Assembly: GCA_036677065.1 (NCBI GenBank)
Contig: JAKFBS010000002.1
Location: 544,001 to 608,000, forward strand
Source: Bdellovibrio sp.
Lineage (GTDB): Bacteria > Bdellovibrionota > Bdellovibrionia > Bdellovibrionales > Bdellovibrionaceae
DNA: 64,000 nucleotides
Reading direction: 5' to 3'
The notes below the pieces were generated by a model. It was not told the origin of the DNA, did no database searches, and saw only the letters and a list, made by a program, of their open reading frames with translations. Positions 19,116-29,383 of the stretch are shown in pieces. The position numbers and the translations under genes were made by a program. Every line of letters begins with the position of its first letter. Positions within the stretch are counted from its first letter, which is position 1.

Positions 19116-20558
19116 TTACTCCGCACCGTTTACAGTGTCGATAAAAAATAAACTTGAAGCTTCAAGCTTTCTTAAGCTTGATCTTGTTCTTAATAAATTA
19201 ATTTCTGCTTCAGCGGCGTCGGTTTCAGCAAGCACCACATTGGCAGTTACTGTGCGGCCTTTAGAAAGCTTATCTTGTTCGGCTTTTGCTCGCTCACGTT
19301 GGTAACCCGCTACTTTTTCTAAAGTAGCTACAGAGTTTTTCAATACGTCGTACTTACGGATTAAATCAGTCCAAGCATCCTGACCTTCGCTACGTCTTTT
19401 TTCTGCTTTATATTTTGCGGCTAAAGCATCTTTTCTAGCAGCCTCACGAGTTGCTGATTTTGCTCCCGTTTCAAAGATCCAAGTTAAATTCACGCCAATT
19501 GAATTTTTTGGATAATCATCTTTAGTCATATCACTCACCGCTTGTTGGTGATCACGGTCATATGAAGTTCTTGTATAATTCGCAAACACAGATAAATCCG
19601 GGCGTAAAGCATCCACTGTTTCATCTGCAATGAGCGAACGAGCTTCGGCTTCAAGAGAAGCAATGCGAGCTTCGATTTTTTCAACGTTTTTCATTTTAAC
19701 AAGATTAATTAAATATGGACGAGAAGTTCCTAAATCACCGTTAATTTGCGGAGTTTGTTCATTATCAGCTAATTGTAAATTATCGCGAAGTTTAACTTCT
19801 TGGGCTTTTACTTCTTCTTCAGCAGCGATAAATTGAGCTTCACGTAAAGCCATGAGTGCCTTTGCATTCATTAAATCAGAACGATCAGAAATCCCGTTAC
19901 TTACGCGATTAGCTGTCCATTTATCAATTTTTTGCGCGCGCTCTAAGTTTGCTTTTTTAAGTTTAAAATCTTCTTGAGCAAGAGCGTAATCCCAATAGTT
20001 TGATTCAACATCATATAAAGCCAGGCGGGCTTGTAATTCAGCACCTAACTTTTCTACTTCAGCTAATTTCTCTAAACGAGAAACTTTTGTGCGCGTTCCG
20101 TGCCCAAAAGAATCTTTCCATAGAGATTGCTGGAGAGTTACACCAACGCTTCCGGTACTGTACATGTCGTAGCCCGGTATCACTGAACCTGTATTTGTAA
20201 ATTCGCCAGTTTGCGCATCTAATTTAACTAATGTTCCTGTAAAGAACTTTTTCGCAATTCCTAGATTGTAAACTTCAGCCTCACGCTCAGGACCAAGTTG
20301 ATTCGGGCGTGATTTATCATTTGAAGTTACGTAACCGAAAGTCAAAACTGGAGCTAAATCAATTTCAGCAGCTTTTGTTTTAAGGTCTGCCGATTCAAGA
20401 CTGTATTGATAAGATTTTAAAAGCGGATTTTTTTCTTTAGCTAATCCGATATACTCGTCAATTGATATGGCTTGCGCATCTTGAATGAACAAAGCCAGGG
20501 TTGCTGTCATAACAATGGCTAAAAATTTACATTGTTGCTTTACGGTTGAAGTTCTCAC
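19116..20558 (-). CDS. TolC-family outer-membrane efflux protein
   Basis: Signal peptide, coiled-coil repeats, operon with RND permease. Confidence 0.85.
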   Translation of the reverse strand: MRTSTVKQQCKFLAIVMTATLALFIQDAQAISIDEYIGLAKEKNPLLKSYQYSLESADLKTKAAEIDLAPVLTFGYVTSNDKSRPNQLGPEREAEVYNLGIAKKFFTGTLVKLDAQTGEFTNTGSVIPGYDMYSTGSVGVTLQQSLWKDSFGHGTRTKVSRLEKLAEVEKLGAELQARLALYDVESNYWDYALAQEDFKLKKANLERAQKIDKWTANRVSNGISDRSDLMNAKALMALREAQFIAAEEEVKAQEVKLRDNLQLADNEQTPQINGDLGTSRPYLINLVKMKNVEKIEARIASLEAEARSLIADETVDALRPDLSVFANYTRTSYDRDHQQAVSDMTKDDYPKNSIGVNLTWIFETGAKSATREAARKDALAAKYKAEKRRSEGQDAWTDLIRKYDVLKNSVATLEKVAGYQRERAKAEQDKLSKGRTVTANVVLAETDAAEAEINLLRTRSSLRKLEASSLFFIDTVNGAE

Positions 20559-21193
20559 ACTAGAGCTCCTGTTAAAAATAGATCGACTACTTGTTTTTTA
20601 AATAAATTTTTATCTTTTATGAATTCTTCGCAATCTTTGTTGATTTGGGTTTCACAGTCCATGAGTTCAAAGAAACCAAAAACACCTTCTGAAAGCAGAA
20701 CAAAAAATATTGCGGGGTGAAGATTTTTCTTCACGATACCTTTGGCTTGCGCTGCTTTAAACATTTCAAAAAAGTTTTGAATCATTGGGTAAAAAACTTC
20801 TTCGTGAACTTCTTTGCATAACGGCATACCTTCAATTTTTTCACGGGCCAAGATCAACGAAATTTCGGGATGCGAGGTTCGCATTTCGATCATATTGCCA
20901 ACCATCGTTTCAACTTCTTTCATAAAAAGTTCTTTAGTCATTGGTTGGCTGCGAAATTCAGAAATCGAAGGCTGAACTTTTTCACGCACTTTTAAAGCGA
21001 ACTCGCGAATCACTTCGCGGTATAAACCTTCTTTACCGCCGAAGTGATAAGAGATTAATGAAATATTAGCTTGTGAATCTTTTGAAATATCGCGAGTCGA
21101 TGTTTTGTCTAAACCGCATCTAGAAAATAACTTAGCGGCAGCTGCCAAAATACATGTCTTCGCATCTTGTTTTGAATTTGGTTTAGCAGACAT
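20555..21193 (-). CDS. TetR/AcrR family regulator
   Basis: ILAAAAKLF...STRDIS...ISLISYHFGGKEGLY. Confidence 0.92.
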   Translation of the reverse strand: MSAKPNSKQDAKTCILAAAAKLFSRCGLDKTSTRDISKDSQANISLISYHFGGKEGLYREVIREFALKVREKVQPSISEFRSQPMTKELFMKEVETMVGNMIEMRTSHPEISLILAREKIEGMPLCKEVHEEVFYPMIQNFFEMFKAAQAKGIVKKNLHPAIFFVLLSEGVFGFFELMDCETQINKDCEEFIKDKNLFKKQVVDLFLTGALV

Positions 21194-21253
21194 AAAATCC
21201 TCGGGTTATCTAATTAAGCTAACTTAGGATCGGTTAAAAAGCAGTAAAAATTT

Positions 21254-21269
21254 AATCAATCGTTTGATT
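21254..21269. promoter_or_regulatory. Probable TetR operator
   Basis: Palindrome AATCAA-tcgt-TTGATT about 60 bp upstream of tetR. Confidence 0.6.
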
Positions 21270-21361
21270 TTATTGTAACTTACTGAATTTACTGATGAAT
21301 TTTAGTCTCATTTAATAATCACTAGGGTGTTTACTCTAATTTTTTGCGGCCTTTTGGATAC

Positions 21362-21393
21362 AAAAAAACCCTGAAAGTATCTACTTCCAGGGT
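21362..21393 (-). terminator. Intrinsic terminator of small lipoprotein gene
   Basis: A7-CCCTGAAAGTA-tc-TACTTCCAGGG. Confidence 0.7.
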
Positions 21394-21426
21394 CTATTTT
21401 ATAACTAAATATGTTCTCTTAAGAAA

Positions 21427-21639
21427 CTAAGAACCTTTAGCGCACTCAGTACAACCAGCAGCTTTTTTCTCATCTTTTTTAGCTGTGTCGTGGCCGCCGC
21501 ATTTACAAGCTGTACCTGATTTTTCGCACGCACAAGCTGCTCCACCGTGATCGTGTTTGTGGCCGCCAGACATATGGCCGCAACCTTGAGCAGTGACAAA
21601 AAGTGTAAATAAAATTGACGTAGCTAGGATTTTTTTCAT
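21427..21639 (-). CDS. Small Cys/His-rich lipoprotein (metallothionein-like)
   Basis: GGAG RBS, lipobox AQGC, HKHDH, CAC, CKC, CTEC. Confidence 0.75.
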   Translation of the reverse strand: MKKILATSILFTLFVTAQGCGHMSGGHKHDHGGAACACEKSGTACKCGGHDTAKKDEKKAAGCTECAKGS

Positions 21640-21776
21640 GAATTCTCCGTGGTTATGTTTAATTTCGAGAGAAAAAATCTGTTAAATTAGGCTTTCTCTC
21701 TCACCTTTGATATTTTTGCCCAAGTTTCAGTTAAAGACAACTGGACTAAGGCGCGGTTCAGCGCCTAGGGGGATCC

Positions 21777-22703
21777 ATGAAAAAGTCTATATTAGTTAGC
21801 CTGCTCGTGACCACATCATTAATAAGCCAACTGGCTTATGCTCAGGTCGATAATTCTGATCTAACCGGAACGACAACCCTTCTCGTAGGACCAGCGCCTA
21901 CTGAAGTGCCGACTAAGGCACAAGAGCTTTATACTCCACGAAATAATGTCTATTACATTAAAATACACCAAGTTGCAGATAAAATTATCTCGATCGTAAG
22001 CAGCTTAAATATGTTCTTATTAGATAATTTAATCGCACAAAATAATGAAGAGATGTCATTACTTGATTTTGAATATCGCGAAAATCCAGAAGTCACTGTT
22101 GAAGCTTACGAACGCATTCATCATTTCGGTGGCTGGGTAAAAAACAAAAAAAGTGGCGATTGTTTTAATACACGCAATAAAGTCCTCGTTCGCGAAAACA
22201 TCGGTGATATTAAATTAAAAGAATCAAACAAATGTTCTGTCGAATCTGGCGAATGGGTTGATCCATATTCTGGAAACACCATGACTGATGCACAAATTGA
22301 AATTCAAATCGATCACATGGTTCCACTTAAAGAAGCCTATATTTCTGGAGCTCATAAATGGACATTTAAAGAACGCTGTTTGTACGGAAACTACTTAGGT
22401 TACAAAAACCATTTAGTGGCTGTTAGCGGTGAAGAGAACAACGAAAAAAGCGCTAAGACTCCTGAAGACTATATGCCAAGCAATCAAGCCAATCACTGTG
22501 GTTATTTAAAAGACTGGTTAAAGATTAAATCTTTCTGGGGATTAAGCTTAGTGCCTGAAGAGATGAAGGCTATTCGCAAACTGGTGGAAGAAGCAAACTG
22601 TGATAAATCAGAATTTACCGTGACGCAAAAAGAGCTTGAAGAACAAGAAAAGTTCTTTAAAGCCAACGCTGAACTTTGCCGGGTTTACGAAAGTCATAAG
22701 TAA
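21777..22703 (+). CDS. Exported HNH endonuclease (DUF1524/GmrSD C-terminal-like)
   Basis: Signal peptide AYA; WVDPYSG, IDHMVPLKEA, LVAVSGEENNEKS. Confidence 0.82.
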   Translation: MKKSILVSLLVTTSLISQLAYAQVDNSDLTGTTTLLVGPAPTEVPTKAQELYTPRNNVYYIKIHQVADKIISIVSSLNMFLLDNLIAQNNEEMSLLDFEYRENPEVTVEAYERIHHFGGWVKNKKSGDCFNTRNKVLVRENIGDIKLKESNKCSVESGEWVDPYSGNTMTDAQIEIQIDHMVPLKEAYISGAHKWTFKERCLYGNYLGYKNHLVAVSGEENNEKSAKTPEDYMPSNQANHCGYLKDWLKIKSFWGLSLVPEEMKAIRKLVEEANCDKSEFTVTQKELEEQEKFFKANAELCRVYESHK

Positions 22704-22709
22704 TCGCAT

Positions 22710-22744
22710 AAAAAAAAGCCGCTTCTAACAAGCGGCTTTTTTTT
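22710..22744. terminator. Bidirectional intrinsic terminator
   Basis: A8-GCCGCTT-ctaac-AAGCGGC-T8. Confidence 0.9.
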
Positions 22745-22767
22745 ATTTCTAATTTTTAAATCTAAAA

Positions 22768-24699
22768 CTAATTCAAATTCTTTTTAAAGAACTCAATCAT
22801 GTGACCGATTTCTAAAACTTGATTTTCTTTCTTGCTTGATCCATGACCTTCATCAGCAAAAATAATTAATTCTGAAGCGATTTTTTTCTTTTGTAGCGTC
22901 TCATGAATTTGAATCGCCTCACCTGCCGGCACACGCGGGTCATTTGCACCTTGAATGATCATTAAAGGGTCTCGCACTTGATCCACGTAAGTGATTGGTG
23001 AAAGCTTGATTAATGATTCTTTATCTTTAACGGGGTCACCGTATTCAGTGATACGTAAAATTCTGCGGTACGGAGCTGTGTTATTTAAAAATGAAACTAA
23101 ATCACTCATGCCAACCAACGCTACACCCGTGTTGTAAGCTCCTGCAAAGCGGCTCATAGCCATTAACGTTGCATAACCACCGTAACTCCACCCCATCACA
23201 CCAATTTTCGGTGTAACGCCATTGCGAGCCCAGTTTTTTTTCATCCAAGTCGCCGCATCTTCGATATCTGTTATAACAGCTTCACGCTTTGGACCATTAT
23301 CCATATCGATCCATGTTTTACCGTAACCATCACTTCCGCGCACATTCGGCTCAGCAAAGATAAAACCTTCATTCACAAACGCTTGGGCCATCGGGCTAAA
23401 GCCTGCTTCAGATTGCCCTTCTGGGCCGCCGTGAAAGTGCACTACGATCGGACAAGTATTTTCTTTGCAGCCTTTTGGAAAACGCACGAACATCGGAATT
23501 TTAACGCCATCGCGAGTTTCATAATTCATAAGTTCAGCGACCGCGAAAGATTTTAAATCGACTTCTGGAGCAGATGGTAAAACCCACTGAGTCATTTGTT
23601 TTGTGTTCCAGTTATAAGAATAACTTACCCGTGGAGTTTGGGCAGAGATCACACCCACCATCGTCACAGAACTATCACGTGTAGTTTTGCCGGCAAAAAC
23701 ATGGTCGGCATTTTTAAATTTAGGCAAATCAATGGGTTTAAACGTTTTTGCATTCATGGCATACAATTCAGTATAACCATCACGATTTACGTTATAAACA
23801 ATGCGTGTTCTTTTTTCATCAATCGAAAAACCAGAAACATCGAATTTTAAATTTTTATCAGTTAGTGGTTTTAGGTCTTTTGATTTGCCCGGCACGAAAA
23901 GATATAATTTTTTAAATTCTTCTTTCGGAGTTTGTACAAGATATTCACCTTTTTTAGCGCTAAATGAAACTTCAAATTCACCTTTTTCATCAACACCGAT
24001 GATAGGCTCAAGTTTTTTAGTCGCCTGATCATAAGTGTAGTATTCAGAAGTTTTAGAGCCAGTAGCTTTATAGAATAACAATTCCTTGCCATCATCTTTT
24101 TGATCAGCAATACCCCAGTAGCCGCTGCCTTCGTAAACTAATGTTTTTTCACCCGTAGCAAGATCCATTTTATAAATATTGTATGAATCAGGCTTAGTAT
24201 CGTTAGCCGTGAAATAAATCGTATTTGAATCTTTAGTGATAAAATCAAAGCGCGTTTGCACTTTAGCTTTACGGTACAATTCTGTGATTTGCCCTGTTGC
24301 TAAATCTAATTTAAAAATCCCCGGATTTTCTTCGCCGTTGCTGTCTTTAGAAATAATTAAAAATTTACCATTGGGTGCGATTTCACTTAAACTGACCGCA
24401 TCCGAGCCAGAAGTTAACTGCACCGGAAATTTTTGTGGGCCATCGATTTTCCAGACATGGCTAATGCCTGTTACACGCCATGTGAAAAATAACGTCTTTT
24501 TATCAGGTGATAACAATCCCATTCCAGGCGCTGTCACATCAAACATTTTTTTAAGCTTATTCGTCATGACCGGGTTTAAAGCAGGCGGTGCGTATTTTTT
24601 TAAAGTTTCAGCACTTACTGATTCGCTACCGTGCCCTTTATACTGAGCCATCACATTCACTGCTAATAACGAAGTAATCGCAAAAGACATCCATTTCAT
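22768..24699 (-). CDS. Exported S9 family (prolyl oligopeptidase/acylaminoacyl) peptidase
   Basis: Signal peptide; HGGPE, NVRGS, GWSYGG, GANDPRVP, DEGHG. Confidence 0.92.
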   Translation of the reverse strand: MKWMSFAITSLLAVNVMAQYKGHGSESVSAETLKKYAPPALNPVMTNKLKKMFDVTAPGMGLLSPDKKTLFFTWRVTGISHVWKIDGPQKFPVQLTSGSDAVSLSEIAPNGKFLIISKDSNGEENPGIFKLDLATGQITELYRKAKVQTRFDFITKDSNTIYFTANDTKPDSYNIYKMDLATGEKTLVYEGSGYWGIADQKDDGKELLFYKATGSKTSEYYTYDQATKKLEPIIGVDEKGEFEVSFSAKKGEYLVQTPKEEFKKLYLFVPGKSKDLKPLTDKNLKFDVSGFSIDEKRTRIVYNVNRDGYTELYAMNAKTFKPIDLPKFKNADHVFAGKTTRDSSVTMVGVISAQTPRVSYSYNWNTKQMTQWVLPSAPEVDLKSFAVAELMNYETRDGVKIPMFVRFPKGCKENTCPIVVHFHGGPEGQSEAGFSPMAQAFVNEGFIFAEPNVRGSDGYGKTWIDMDNGPKREAVITDIEDAATWMKKNWARNGVTPKIGVMGWSYGGYATLMAMSRFAGAYNTGVALVGMSDLVSFLNNTAPYRRILRITEYGDPVKDKESLIKLSPITYVDQVRDPLMIIQGANDPRVPAGEAIQIHETLQKKKIASELIIFADEGHGSSKKENQVLEIGHMIEFFKKNLN

Positions 24700-24843
24700 A
24701 AAAATTCCCTCTTTTTTAATGGTTACCCAGTTATCTTAAAACTTAAGCAGCGGTTGTCATGTAATATTTTTTAGTTTGTTTAACCTTTTTACCTACCTGG
24801 CCAGTCTAAAGTTTCGTCTGGACCCAATGGAGGGGTTTAAATA

Positions 24844-26154
24844 ATGATGAAAAAAAGGAATTTTTTGAGCACCACGACGGCGCTACTCTGTTCTACACTG
24901 CTAGCTGCAGGTTGCGCCAAAGAGGCGCTGACAAAGGCCGCAGAAGACAACACAAAGACTACGCTCACCGAAAACGTCATCTATGGCAGCGATGGCCGCC
25001 AAGAGGTTTATCAGGCCAGCGAGGCGCTAAAGCTATTATCGGATTCAACGGTGGCTTTAATTAAAAATACAGATTTAACCCAACAAGGTGCAAACACCTT
25101 GATTGCCGGTGAAGTCTTCGCCCAAAGTCATCAATTATGTTCCAGTGAAAAATTTCGTGAACAAAACACCTCTGCTTTTTGTTCGGGTTCACTTGTTGGA
25201 CCTGACACAATTATCACCGCAGGACATTGTATCACCAGTCAATCTGACTGCGTAGGCACAAGTTTTGTCTTTGGTTTTGCTGTTAAATCTGCCGGAGTAT
25301 TACCTACTCAGGTAAGTAGTAATGAAGTCTATCGTTGTCGTGAAATCGTCGCCCGAGTTTTACAAAACACGGGCGAGGATTATGCGGTGATCAAACTTGA
25401 TCGCGCGGTTACAAATCACGCGGTATTAAAAGTTCGTCGCAGCGGTGAAGCCTCTGTAGGTGATCCCCTATTAGTGATCGGTCATCCCGTAGGTTTACCA
25501 ACAAAAATAACTACGGGTGGAAAAGTTCGCTCGGTAGCGAATGCCGGCTACTTAGTTACTAACTTGGATACTTATGGTGGTAATTCGGGCTCTGCGGTAT
25601 TTAATGCGCAAACTTTAGAAATCGAAGGTATCTTAGTTCGCGGCGAGCAAGACTTCGTATATCAAGGTGGTTGTAACGTTTCAAAAGTTTGTAGCGATGA
25701 TTCATGCCGCGGTGAAGATGTAACGCGTATCTCTGCATTACGTCAGTATATCCCGCAAACAAACGTGCCGACGCCTCCAACTTCAGGAACACCGGTTGTG
25801 TCGAGCGAAACTTTCACCTCAACACAAGTTCTTGCGATTCTTGATAATAATACGGCAGGCATCTCAAGTTCATTAAAAGTAACTTCTGCACCCAGCGGCA
25901 GAAAGGTGTTAATCAGTGTTAATCTTACTCATACTTATATTGGTGATCTGGTTGTAAAAGTTGTAGCCAGTGATGGCAAAACTGTAACTTTACATTCACG
26001 CTCTGGCGGCGGTACGGATAATATCGTTAAAACTTATGATGCCACTGCCGCTTTAGGAAGTGTTGCTTCGGCAGGAAATTATAAGTTAGTGGTGCAAGAT
26101 TTAGCTAAATACGATAGCGGAAGTCTGAAGTCATGGTCTGTGAAATTTCAGTAA
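24844..26154 (+). CDS. Trypsin-like (S1) serine protease lipoprotein with C-terminal proprotein-convertase P domain
   Basis: Lipobox AAGC; TAGHC, DYAVI, DTYGGNSGS; HTYIGDL..DSGSLKSW. Confidence 0.9.
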   Translation: MMKKRNFLSTTTALLCSTLLAAGCAKEALTKAAEDNTKTTLTENVIYGSDGRQEVYQASEALKLLSDSTVALIKNTDLTQQGANTLIAGEVFAQSHQLCSSEKFREQNTSAFCSGSLVGPDTIITAGHCITSQSDCVGTSFVFGFAVKSAGVLPTQVSSNEVYRCREIVARVLQNTGEDYAVIKLDRAVTNHAVLKVRRSGEASVGDPLLVIGHPVGLPTKITTGGKVRSVANAGYLVTNLDTYGGNSGSAVFNAQTLEIEGILVRGEQDFVYQGGCNVSKVCSDDSCRGEDVTRISALRQYIPQTNVPTPPTSGTPVVSSETFTSTQVLAILDNNTAGISSSLKVTSAPSGRKVLISVNLTHTYIGDLVVKVVASDGKTVTLHSRSGGGTDNIVKTYDATAALGSVASAGNYKLVVQDLAKYDSGSLKSWSVKFQ

Positions 26155-26217
26155 GCCAATTCGCAGCAGATACTTTTCCTTGGTAGTACAAATAAAGCTC
26201 TTCAGCAATGAAGGGCT

Positions 26218-26631
26218 TTATTTTGTTTTTTTATGATATGTCAGTGCCATCAAAATACAGCCTTTTAACTGCTCGACCGGGAGCGAGTCTGTCTCGTTCA
26301 AGATAATAGCTCGCTTGCCTTCATACTTAAATTGCCCCGCATACTTTTTCTTAAAATCTGCAATCAGCGTTGTTTGGCAATTGAAATAGATTCCATATTG
26401 ATGTGGCTTTGATTTTAGCCAATGAATTCTAATCGTCGTGCCTATATTTTTTTCCTTAGGCAGGTAGCTGGGTTCACCCCACTTCAAAGCTTCATCCAGC
26501 TCTCCGATGGCACTAGAACTTTTAGCTACGGCTAAAATGAGTTTTCTTACAGCCAGCAACTTTTTACGAAATGCTACTGGGTATTCTTTAAAAGTTCGGG
26601 CAACCATTAGGTTAGATATCTTTGGATTCAT
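26218..26631 (-). CDS. DUF1801 (YdhG-like) protein
   Basis: EALKWGEPSY, YFNCQTTL, EGKRAI, LMALTYH. Confidence 0.8.
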   Translation of the reverse strand: MNPKISNLMVARTFKEYPVAFRKKLLAVRKLILAVAKSSSAIGELDEALKWGEPSYLPKEKNIGTTIRIHWLKSKPHQYGIYFNCQTTLIADFKKKYAGQFKYEGKRAIILNETDSLPVEQLKGCILMALTYHKKTK

Positions 26632-26638
26632 ATTCTTG

Positions 26639-27568
26639 TTATTCACTAGCGAAAGCTTCTTCGATCCAGCCGCCATCAAGGCGCATGCTTTTTTCATCTC
26701 GCTTGATTTCAAAAACGGTTTTATATTCTGGATTATAACCAATACTTTTTTGATCGACATCTAATTCGGCTAAAAGTCTTTCGAAGTTCTTTTTTTCCTG
26801 TTCAAATTCTACCGGCTGATTGCTGTTAAATGCATTTTCTGTATCGTCACAGAATTTTTTCAAACGCTCATCAGAGACAATCTCTGGCTTAAGAGCTACG
26901 GCTTTATTTAAATTAAAATATAAATAACTGCGATCAGCGATCGCCTCAAAATCAGATTTATGTCCATTCATTGCGGCAAATGCTGCAATGACTTTTCCAT
27001 AAAATGCCGCTTTTTGAGCGAAACTTTCTTCAGTCTGGCCAGCGGCTGCAGCGGCATTCACTTCAGAAATTAATTCCTGAAATTGCGGAATACGTAAAAT
27101 GTAACGAAACAATGGCTTAAGCGCTTGCGCACGAGGATCTGCAGTCGCTTCATCTAACGACAATTGAAACGCTCTATTGGTTTCTTGATCTGTCATCGGG
27201 CCGACTTTGGCATTTTTTAACGAACTACAAAAATTACTTAATGGACGATTGGGATTAATTAAATCATCAAGCCCAGCACGCGAATTTAAAGCTTGAGTTT
27301 GCGTGACTGTAGTTGTCGCTGAAGTTGGTTTTGCCGTCGGGTTTAAAACCGGAGGCGGCTCTGGAATCACTTGCGTCGTATGAACTGTGTCATTCACCAT
27401 GGCCAGGTTTTGCCGTTGGCCAGGGTTTAAAATTGCTGAGGATAATTTATTCGCTGAGGGCAAATGATAAACAATAAATGCAGTAAATCCTGCGACGGCG
27501 ATAAAAACCACTGCCGCGAAGACCAATAGCACTTTAAAAATCAGTGTTGCCTTACTTCTTGTTTCCAC
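26639..27568 (-). CDS. Hypothetical membrane-anchored periplasmic protein
   Basis: N-terminal TM helix, Pro/Thr-rich linker; start overlaps the stop of the S1 gene. Confidence 0.75.
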   Translation of the reverse strand: METRSKATLIFKVLLVFAAVVFIAVAGFTAFIVYHLPSANKLSSAILNPGQRQNLAMVNDTVHTTQVIPEPPPVLNPTAKPTSATTTVTQTQALNSRAGLDDLINPNRPLSNFCSSLKNAKVGPMTDQETNRAFQLSLDEATADPRAQALKPLFRYILRIPQFQELISEVNAAAAAGQTEESFAQKAAFYGKVIAAFAAMNGHKSDFEAIADRSYLYFNLNKAVALKPEIVSDERLKKFCDDTENAFNSNQPVEFEQEKKNFERLLAELDVDQKSIGYNPEYKTVFEIKRDEKSMRLDGGWIEEAFASE

Positions 27569-28790
27569 TTTTTTGCATCAACGAAGATAAATTACCAAAA
27601 TTATTCGTCGCAAAGCCAGTTCCTGCTTTTTGAGTTCCACCAGCGGCACTGTGTTCGCGCCAAGTGTTGTCTTCAGCAAGACCTGGAATACCTAAAGAAA
27701 TTCTTTTCATTTCAAATAAAACTTCATCTACCGAAACCGGGAATGTATCACCTTTTTTCTTATTTTCATAAGTGGCAGCATCTGCAGAATCACGCCATTT
27801 AGCACGTGGCAATAAACCTGTGATACCCGGAGCAATTTGCACGAATAAGCCGTACTGTTCTTTTTTCTCGACGATACCTGTGTGCACAGATCCAATTTTG
27901 AATTTTTCTGGAACCATATTCCAAGGGTCACCGTCTCCACCAGCTTGTTTAACTGATAAAGAAATTTTCACGCGACCATCTACTTCTTCAACTTTTAAAA
28001 CCTTAACCTGAACCGTTTGGTTTAAAGTTAAAACTTCAGATGGATCTTGAATACGAGACCAACCGATTTCAGAAATATGACAAAGACCTTCAACACCGCC
28101 ACCAAGTTCAATGAACGCACCGAATTTTTCAAAACGTTTAACTGTACCGTTAACAATATCACCCGGTTTTGTGTTCGAAAGAAATTCTCCTTCGTTTTCA
28201 GCTTTTTGTAGGTCTAATAATTTACGACGAGATACGACTAAGTTACGACCGCGGGGATCAAACTGTGTAATTAAGAAATCAAATTTCTTACCGATGTAAG
28301 AAGGCTGATCGATCACTTTGTAATCCATTTGGCTTAATGGACAAAACGCTGTTTTTTTCATGATCTCTACGCGAAAACCACCGTTACAAACTTCTAAGAC
28401 ACGGCCTTCAACTGGTAATTCCATATCATGAGCGTCTTCTAAAGAATCCATGTCTGGATTAGATTTTTTCTGACCTGCACGAGTAACGCGAATTTCGCTG
28501 CCTCGAACCGAAGTCACAACAACGTCAATTTTATCGCCGACTTTATATTTTAATTCTTTGTTTTCATCCAAAAGATCATTACGCATAATCATCGCATCTT
28601 GATGAGATGGAGTAGATACAAAAGCTTCTTCTTTGCTGATTGATAAAATTTCAGCTGTGTAAGCAAGACCTGTAGTTAACTTTTTACCGACGCCGCCAAC
28701 ACTATCTTCAAATAACGAAGCAAAATCTTGCGATTTCGTGTTGTTTGTTGTCGTTGTAATTTCATCACCAAAAACATCTTTTTTAGACAT
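27552..28790 (-). CDS. Four-S1-domain RNA-binding protein (short ribosomal protein S1 homolog)
   Basis: DFASLFE, AFCPLSQMD, VVSRR, FGAFIELGGGVEGLCHISE, YGLFVQI. Confidence 0.88.
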   Translation of the reverse strand: MSKKDVFGDEITTTTNNTKSQDFASLFEDSVGGVGKKLTTGLAYTAEILSISKEEAFVSTPSHQDAMIMRNDLLDENKELKYKVGDKIDVVVTSVRGSEIRVTRAGQKKSNPDMDSLEDAHDMELPVEGRVLEVCNGGFRVEIMKKTAFCPLSQMDYKVIDQPSYIGKKFDFLITQFDPRGRNLVVSRRKLLDLQKAENEGEFLSNTKPGDIVNGTVKRFEKFGAFIELGGGVEGLCHISEIGWSRIQDPSEVLTLNQTVQVKVLKVEEVDGRVKISLSVKQAGGDGDPWNMVPEKFKIGSVHTGIVEKKEQYGLFVQIAPGITGLLPRAKWRDSADAATYENKKKGDTFPVSVDEVLFEMKRISLGIPGLAEDNTWREHSAAGGTQKAGTGFATNNFGNLSSLMQKSGNKK

Positions 28791-28845
28791 AAAAAATCCT
28801 TACCTTTTACGAAAGGCATTACTTTACTTGAATATTTTTAATTAC

Positions 28846-29337
28846 TTAAGATTTTTTCTTAACTCGACGCTTAACTGATAGCGTCAACTCAAATTCTGCC
28901 ACTCTTTCAGTCTGACTTACCGAAGGAACGATCGCATAGGCCTTCATAGTCCGATTAATGCGTTCTTCAGAGGTTTTAGCCTCGTTGATCTGGTCAACCA
29001 CGACTTGGGCCTCTTCACAGATAAAATGCACATCACCTTCGGCGCGTTTTAAGAAATTGGCCTTATAATCTTTAAATAAAAAATCAATACGTTCGCCAGA
29101 GGCTTGAATTTGTTTAACCGCAAGCATGGCAATACATAACTCAGACCCCACAGCCAGTGCGCCAAAGTACATAGCCCCTAAGTGGTTTTTAGTTCTAAAG
29201 TTTAGCGGAACCTTTAATATCGTTCTTTGATTGTTGGCTTCTAAGACTTTCGGTCCAACAAAGCCGATTAACGGGATTTTAGACCAAGCGTACAGAGTTA
29301 AAAATAGATTCTCTTTAAAGTTTTTCATAGTGCTCAT
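28846..29337 (-). CDS. DUF4442/PaaI-type hot-dog thioesterase
   Basis: TKNHLGAMYFGAL, FLKRAEGDVHFIC. Confidence 0.8.
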   Translation of the reverse strand: MSTMKNFKENLFLTLYAWSKIPLIGFVGPKVLEANNQRTILKVPLNFRTKNHLGAMYFGALAVGSELCIAMLAVKQIQASGERIDFLFKDYKANFLKRAEGDVHFICEEAQVVVDQINEAKTSEERINRTMKAYAIVPSVSQTERVAEFELTLSVKRRVKKKS

Positions 29338-29383
29338 TCACTAAATTCTAGCTTCATCTCAATAAATAAGCCAAACTTTTAAT

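Noticed and set aside
21405..21599. Alternative 64-aa ORF overlapping the Cys/His lipoprotein
   Set aside because: The 21427-21639 frame has the RBS and lipobox; this one has neither
21777..22703. GmrSD-type restriction/defence system
   Set aside because: Has a signal peptide and no DUF262 partner or other defence genes nearby
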